A stretch of 64,000 nucleotides of DNA. Origin: Raillietiella orientalis. Lineage: Eukaryota. Numbering within the stretch: position 1 is the first letter of the stretch; every line of letters begins with the position of its first letter. The notes under the pieces were generated by a model. It saw only the letters and a list, made by a program, of their open reading frames with translations. It had not been told where the DNA came from and did not search any database. The DNA is taken from the NCBI GenBank assembly GCA_036172245.1, contig JAYWIR010000058.1:496001-560000 (forward strand), written 5' to 3'. Shown piece after piece: positions 58,201 through 64,000 of this stretch. The position numbers and the translations under genes were made by a program.

Positions 58201-60472
58201 GCCTTGCGAAGGTAGCGGCCTTTGGCACTTCTTGGCGCACGCGCTGGACCCATGGCTCCGGAGAATCCTCTGCGGTGCCTGCAGCGTCGTTGCCTTCCGC
58301 TACGACTTCGTCCGGGACGTCGTGGCAAGGAGGTACTTCCGGGACCGGGAGGAGGAACTCGAGGCCCGCTTGGACTACCTCCAGCACCAGGTGACCATTC
58401 CCTTTTCTGGGGCAAGGGCTCAGAGGGAAGGGTCTTCTCTGGGTTTGGCCCCTCTCTTGCCTCCCCCTCCCTCTGCTCCTCGCAGCGGAGGCGCCCTGAC
58501 CGACGCCGCCCATTGCAGGCCAGCTTGCTGGAGTCGGAGTCAGGAGAGACCGACGGCACCCGTGAAGTTACGGACGAAGGGATCAATCCCACGTAAGGGT
58601 AGGGATGAGCGGTCAGCCCTCAAAAACTTCCTTCATCCGGCAGGCTATGGCGGGCGTTCCTTGAGGTTCTGCACGGGCGTCTCGAGTCCCTGGAGAAGGG
58701 AACGACGGCGCGGGACTACCTGACGGATCCCGACTGGCTGGAGAGGAAGGTGGAGGCAGTCGGCGCTCATGAGGTGCTGGGCGACCTGAACCTCGCGCTC
58801 GAGGCCCCCGGGGGCAGCTCTACAGACCTGCGTTCTCTCCGGGATCTCCTGGAAGCGAGCCGCTTTGCATTCTTCTGCGAAAGGAGGCAGTTCTTCGCTC
58901 AGGTGCTGGCACACCGCTCGCTGGCACCGCCTTTCCTGGTGGAGAGGCTCCTTCAGGAAACGTCCCGTCTCCACCGCGACAGACTGCTCCCCCAGTTCGA
59001 GGTTCTCTCCCAGGCTGGCCCACCGTTGGCCTCCCTGGGTCTGCGGACGGCAGTGGACCGCATCGTGGCGTACCGGTGGCGGAGCCACCTGGTGGTAGCC
59101 GTCTGCACGGAGGCCGGCAAGCTGGTCGTGTGGAATGTGGACCATCGAGAGCGCGTGCTGGAAGTGAGCGACCTGGACCGCCCCCGGGACCTGCGCTTCA
59201 CAGACAAGGACACGGCAGTGGTCCTGTGCAACAGAGAGCTGCTTCTGTACGACCTTTCGCAGGGGCAGTTCCTGTCCCGGCTGAAGGGGATGATGAATCA
59301 GAGCGTCCCTTCCTTCGACCGGCATGACTCTGGACACGTGGTCACACTGGCTCGCAACCGGATGTACGTCAACCTCATCCGCCTAGAGACGGGGGACTGC
59401 GTGACCACGTTCAAGGTCGGCGAGGATCGCTTCCTGAACTCGCTGCTGGTGTCGGCCGACGGCAAGGTCTGCGTCTGCGGCGACGAGACCCAGAAGCCCT
59501 TCCCGCTCCTAGTCTGGGACCTTGCCGCCCGGAAGCTGCGCCACGACCTGCGCGTGCCACTCCACGAGTTCCTCACGGGTATCTCCGCTATCGCCGAGGA
59601 CGGACGCTACTTCTGCACCGCCTGCAAGGTTCGGCTCACTCTCACAGAGCCGTCAGCGGTGCCGCTCCGCGGGGTCGCGCGGCAATCCGATCCTTCACCC
59701 AGGGGCGACTCTTATCACCCGATTCACGTCCCCGGGAGGTATGCCTGCAGAGGCGTCCCTGATATCCCGTGGGTGGGAGAATGGAAAGATCACAGGGTCT
59801 ACTTTCCATGAGCCTGCTGAGAGTCTCTTCCCCACGGTCCGGGAGCGGTCACAAGTCACTGATGCACATATCGTCCCTAGGAGGTCAGCGGCGACGGACC
59901 ATCCTTCCTCATAGCCTTCGACCTGGAGGCCGGCGCCCCCTTCCAGAGGTGGAAGCCCAGCGTCAATCCCATCTCCGTCGCCATGGCCTACGATGGGCGT
60001 GGAGGTGGCGTGCTGGTGTCCGGCCTGGAGGACTGCCGGGTAGTCGTCTGGGATCTCCTCAACGGTGAGGACGGAGGCAGGGAGCATCCCCTCTTCGCCT
60101 CCCTAGAAACGGGGATATGAACCACAGCTGATGCCCCCACTGTGCCTTGCAGGAGCCTGCCGATGGACCCTCTATGGCCACAGCCACGTCCCGGACTGCC
60201 TGCAGCTGGATGCAGCGGCGTCCCTGTGCCTCTCGCGCAACTCGCAGGGTCTAGACCCGACCTTCCGCATCCACGACCTGGAGAGAGGTATGTTCCCCTA
60301 CTCTACCCGACCTGATCCTAGTGGCCGCGCTTCCTCCTCTGCAGGGAGTCTCCACTCCGCATACACGGCCGACCGCAGGATCACAGCATGCCTCCTCACC
60401 GACGAGGGGCGGCACGTCGCCATGGGGCTCGCCGGGAGCGAGGACGTCTACCTATTCTCCCTGATCCCGTGA
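54942..60472 (+). CDS. NACHT domain- and WD40 repeat-containing protein (NWD1/NWD2/qui-1-like STAND NTPase), 18 exons, start exon unresolved
   Basis: Exons 54942-55282, 55350-55508, 55931-56112, 56221(or 56254)-56364, 56418-56564, 56630-56776, 56859-56989, 57090-57327, 57402-57503, 57554-57691, 57742-57882, 57953-58063, 58112-58390, 58486(or 58519)-58592, 58644-59628, 59881-60064, 60153-60287, 60345-60472. All are GT-AG with consistent phases. Walker A GESGSGKS, Walker B LLLIILDGLD, WD blades (LVVWNV, LLLYDL, LLVWDL, VVVWDL, LYGHS). Confidence 0.88.
55350..55508 (+). CDS. NWD-like exon (LHERCLRQKVDFSVVNLH...LEFCLETIS), N-terminal pre-NACHT domain
   Basis: acgcag|AT acceptor, A|gtgagt donor; pattern recalls the L..C...G.EF.VVDL...CL.EI segment of NWD N-termini. 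Confidence 0.75.
55931..56989 (+). CDS. NWD-like exons 55931-56112, 56221-56364, 56418-56564, 56630-56776, 56859-56989 (pre-NACHT region)
   Basis: Consecutive open exons bounded by strong GT-AG sites with compatible phases; introns 53-108 nt. Confidence 0.72.
57090..57327 (+). CDS. NACHT exon with Walker A (PCVLVGESGSGKSCAVAR...YREVGTS...IIRQIC)
   Basis: GESGSGKS at 57130-57153; ttacag|G acceptor, CAG|gtgagg donor. Confidence 0.92.
57402..57503 (+). CDS. NACHT exon with Walker B (RLLLIILDGLDK)
   Basis: ttgcag|AGA acceptor, AAG|gtgggc donor; hhhhDxxD motif. Confidence 0.9.
57554..58592 (+). CDS. NACHT C-terminal/helical exons 57554-57691, 57742-57882, 57953-58063, 58112-58390, 58486-58592
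   Basis: LEWLLYP..KVLLTAT, LSRHGVGD, FRYDFVRDVVARRY resemble NWD-family segments; GT-AG introns 48-95 nt. Confidence 0.82.
58644..59628 (+). CDS. NWD-like large exon (YLTDPDWLERKV...; WD40 blades ...TFKVGEDRFLNSLLVSADGKVCVCGDETQKPFPLLVWDL...)
   Basis: Covers most of the 353-aa ORF in the track; ggcag|G acceptor, AAG|gttcgg donor; WD40 periodicity. Confidence 0.92.
59881..60064 (+). CDS. WD40 exon (EVSGDGPSFLIAFDLEAG...RWKP...VSGLEDCRVVVWDLLNG)
   Basis: ccctag|GAG acceptor, G|gtgagg donor; hand translation. Confidence 0.9.
60153..60287 (+). CDS. WD40 exon (ACRWTLYGHS...FRIHDLER)
   Basis: ttgcag|GA acceptor, G|gtatgt donor. Confidence 0.88.
60345..60472 (+). CDS. Last WD40 exon (GSLHSAYTADRRITAC...YLFSLIP*)
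   Basis: ctgcag|GG acceptor; TGA at 60470-60472. Confidence 0.85.
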
Positions 60473-63400
60473 GAGGACCAGAGAGGGCCCTCCTCCACAT
60501 CTTCCTCCTTTCCTTCTCCAATAGACCACGGATGCGGCTGCCTCCATCAACTGTCTCTGCTTTCTTTCGCCCCTCGTCGTGTCCGCCGAGCATACGCGCC
60601 GACCGGGACTAGGCACTGGAAGCACACTTGGACTCTGCGCCTGCTCTGTTTTTGTTGATAGAGGAGAGATTCGAATCCTTGTTCAGAAGCTCCTCGCATC
60701 GGTGCCCATGATCTGAGGGTGCGAGATCCCTGCATATCCGGGGCACCCGCAAAGGAAGCTTGCTCTACGGATGCAGCCAATTGCCGCCATCGAATAGGCA
60801 GGCAGCAGAAGGGCATCCTGGGTCCCGTGGGCTTCTCTCCACGGTTGTGCTCGCTGCGAAGGACCCGTTCCCGCTCCTCTCTTTCCCTCACAACCCCTAC
60901 AGAAACACATCCCTTTCCACGAGTCTTCTGGTGATGCTCCAAAGATGGCAAAGAGTCATCTTCGCAGAAACCGTGGTTCTCATCCCGCCTGCTTCCATTT
61001 CCGAGATAGCTCCAAGACGGCACGCGACGCCGCGGGCGGCAAGCCAGCGATGGTTGCGCCGTGACCAGAGACCGTTCTTTCCTGGAGAGAACCCTTTTTC
61101 TCCATCCAGGAGCAGGAATGGAGGATCCAGAAGGGACAAGGCGTTTGCCTCTGGCTGTGAGGCCAAGTGCTGTGCTCCCCGGCTGGAAGATGGGTGCCAG
61201 GGATCCTCGCCTGGACGCCGCATCGTTGAAAGGTTGACGACGCACGCAGGCCGGAAGAGTGAATGGAATATCCGGGACCTCATTTCGAGGGGGACACAGA
61301 CTCAGGGCACTCCTACTGGTCCCTCCTCTGACCACATCGACAGAGTTTTCGAATCCTTCTGACCCGAGGAGATCGTCTTTCCATTGAGTGTTGGGAGAGA
61401 AGGGCATTCCTGAATGAAGCAACTCGAAGGCCTTCTTCTTCCCAAAGGCATCGTGATGCTAGCAAAGAGCGGAGGAGGATGGCGCGCGGTGCTGGCGAAT
61501 CGGTTGCAACCGGGAGAGTTACTGTAGCGGAGGCAGTTCCCGGTCCGGCTCAAGAGGAGTTGATGGACATGAGCGCGTTACCTTTGATCTTGGTGCCCTT
61601 TGACCTCGCGAAGGTGGCCACGCTGTTTTTGGTGCTTAACCACATCTGCCTAGAGCTGGGGGGCGGGGACTAAAGGACCATGTGCAAGGTAAGCGAAGAA
61701 GGGTGGTGCCACCGACTGGTCACTTTGAAGCGCTTGCACTGACGCCGGCGCCTGACCCTGTAGAAGGACAGGCAGAGCAGAAATGCCTCTTAGTCTGCCC
61801 TTCTGTATCTTCTGTATCCTCTACGAAACCTGTGGTCAGATGACCCGCACGCCCTCCTGTTCGCTCATGTGGGGGAAGAGAGTATCTCAGGAAGACTCCT
61901 ATTCACAGGAGAGCGGCATGAGGAAAGGAAGATGCAAGAGGGAAGGGTTTGGACCACTGGCAAAGGCAGCTGCGCAGCCCTCCTCCACCGGAAGCAAAGA
62001 GAAAGGGAAAGACCTGCGAAGCGTTGAAGAATGCGGTTGGTACCGGGAAGGCAGGGCGACCAAGGGTGGCAGAACGGCGCGGCGGTTTTCTGGATGAAGA
62101 CCGGATGAAGATGAGCGGGGTCTCCTGGATCCATAGACTGGAGAGGAAGGAGGGGGAGTTGTTTTGTCTCCCATTACCAACCCGAAGGTTTCGCGAGAGG
62201 GAGTTCTCGTTGTCTCGTCCATAGGACGTGGGGGCGCTGCGCTCCTGGATGAGGGGGAGCGAAGTCAACAGAAACACCCGCCGTGGTGACTGTCCGTTGC
62301 CGCACGTCCGGAAGCTAGCGAGAAGGAATCAGCACAAGAAGCGATGTAGAGATCACAATCTCTTCATCGCTTGGGTCTTCGGTCTTTCGCTTTCTGGTCC
62401 TGCCGTGGTGAGGCAGGAGAATCAGTCTGAGTTCGGCGCGCGCCTCCACAAGGAACGGATTCTCTCCTCCCCGTAGCCGATTCCTTTTTTTTTCCCCCTT
62501 TTCGTTTTTTCCTCTCCTAGTTCTCAGGGTAGTCGCATATGCAGCTTCTTCATCGCGTCCAGAGGCCAATTCGATCCGGGAAACCCGGATAGATTGTGTC
62601 CGCGGCGAGGCACACTCAATTGGTCCTGACGAAACTCGCTTCGTAGCACTTCCGATGGGTATGCTCACCTCCGCACTCACCCGTCCGAAAGCACTTAGGA
62701 TCCTTTCTCATCCCCAGGGAAAAAAGAGTTCCCTTTTGCCCTAGTGTCAGCTTCCCCCGACAGCAATCAATCCTTCGGTCGGGAAGCATCCGCGGCCCTG
62801 AGAAGCGGTCGAACTTTGCCGCTCTTCCATGCGGAAGGAGGAGACGGCCTGCGGCAGAGAATGAACTGATGCCCTTTCTTCCGATTCGCGGACCTCTCGG
62901 AGCTCCAACAGTCCGAAGCCGCTTGCTAAGGTCTGGGTTTCTGAGCCTTTGACCCCAGACCAGTAAGCAGACCGTTCCTGATCGACACGCAGCACTGATT
63001 CTTGAAGGACCATCGCAATGAACTCTAGGACCCTTTCACTGCTCACGGTGATGCCTTCCCTCAGTGACCAGGGGAGCTCTCTCTTCTAGAAACCCTTCTA
63101 TACCTTTGGAGAGGACTCGACCGAGGTCTCTGAGTTGGTGGAGACCTGGGAAACCCGGTCGCCGGCGTTTAGTGGGAGGAAGAAGAATTGGTTTCATCTC
63201 AGCACTGGTCGGAGGACTGAATAGAAAGAATCGCCTGAGGCAGCGAGGTCTTGAGGATGAGGAAGGGAGGGACTGTGCGGCGATCAACTGCTCTCCATCA
63301 GAGGAAGATGCAGAGAGTTCGTCGGCCATCCTCAGAAGCCCGCATCATCTCTTCATTCTCCGACCTCTCTGACCCGCACTCAGGGTGCATGGATCTCTGG

Positions 63401-64000
63401 AGCGGAACCTTGGAAGAAACCTAATCTCTCGCTATTTTTGAGGTGGCTGCTGATCGACCTTCTCCCGAAATCCGTTTTCCGAACCCATCCCGAAAATTCT
63501 TCAGGGAGAACCAGGAGGTCGCCTAAGAGCGTCAACGGTGAAAGTCAAAGAGCACAAGTCGATGTACGTCGCTTTTACGACTTGGTCACCTCGGTCACGG
63601 AACAGCAGCTTCAGACCCAGCAAGTTCTTGCCTTCTTACAAATTGGATCTCTTGCTCATCCTCGGTCTGTCTAGGAGTCCCTCTCAGGAAAAAAGGAAAT
63701 CCTCTTCCCCTAAGATTGCGTAGCATCCTGACTGGAGCAAACGCTCACTCTCTTGGAGAGCGATAGGCACTAACTCGAGTCCTCGCTCGTCATCTTGTTT
63801 CTTCCGAGCTTTTGGTTAGACAGCTCAACCGACTGGCATTGCTACCTCATCTAATGGTGAGGTGCAGCAGCTGGGTTTGTGAGAATCCAGTTGCGAGTCT
63901 CAAGGAACCGGCCCTCACTGCACTTCTTCCGGCACGGCCCCCGCTTCATGTGAGGAGAGGTTAGGGTCAGGAATGACCTGCTTCAGCGCACAGTCGGGAC

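Noticed and set aside
58077..59337. Long minus-strand ORFs (171, 141, 230 aa)
   Set aside because: Antisense shadows of the GC3-rich NWD-like coding exons.
60547..64000. 291-aa, 200-aa and other ORFs downstream of the NWD-like gene; GKNLLGLKLL faintly retropepsin-like
   Set aside because: No coherent exon chain or domain; cannot be supported as a gene or TE without a search.
1..64000. CRISPR arrays, rRNA, prokaryotic operons or defence systems
   Set aside because: The sequence is spliceosomal-intron-rich eukaryotic DNA; no regularly spaced repeats or rRNA signatures were seen.

Overview
Eukaryotic (metazoan, probably arthropod) genomic DNA with two intron-rich + strand genes. (1) A K-Cl cotransporter (SLC12A4-7/kcc type), 5'-truncated by the window start. 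I could assemble 16 exons by hand from 2308 to the stop at 41944; all splice phases join, giving 2841 nt (946 aa + stop). Its last intron (41482-41852) is a GT-AG U12-type (minor spliceosome) intron. (2) A compact GC-rich NACHT-NTPase + WD40 gene (NWD1/NWD2/qui-1-like STAND protein) with 18 exons from 54942 to 60472 (~1265 aa); its start exon is unresolved. The window shifts from AT-rich to GC-rich at about 42.5 kb. Non-coding DNA holds several near-perfect short-loop hairpins, a 19-bp exact direct repeat and a pair of mutually similar micro-introns. I found no rRNA, tRNA, CRISPR array or intact transposon, and no clearly novel multi-gene system. Most ORFs in the supplied track appear spurious.
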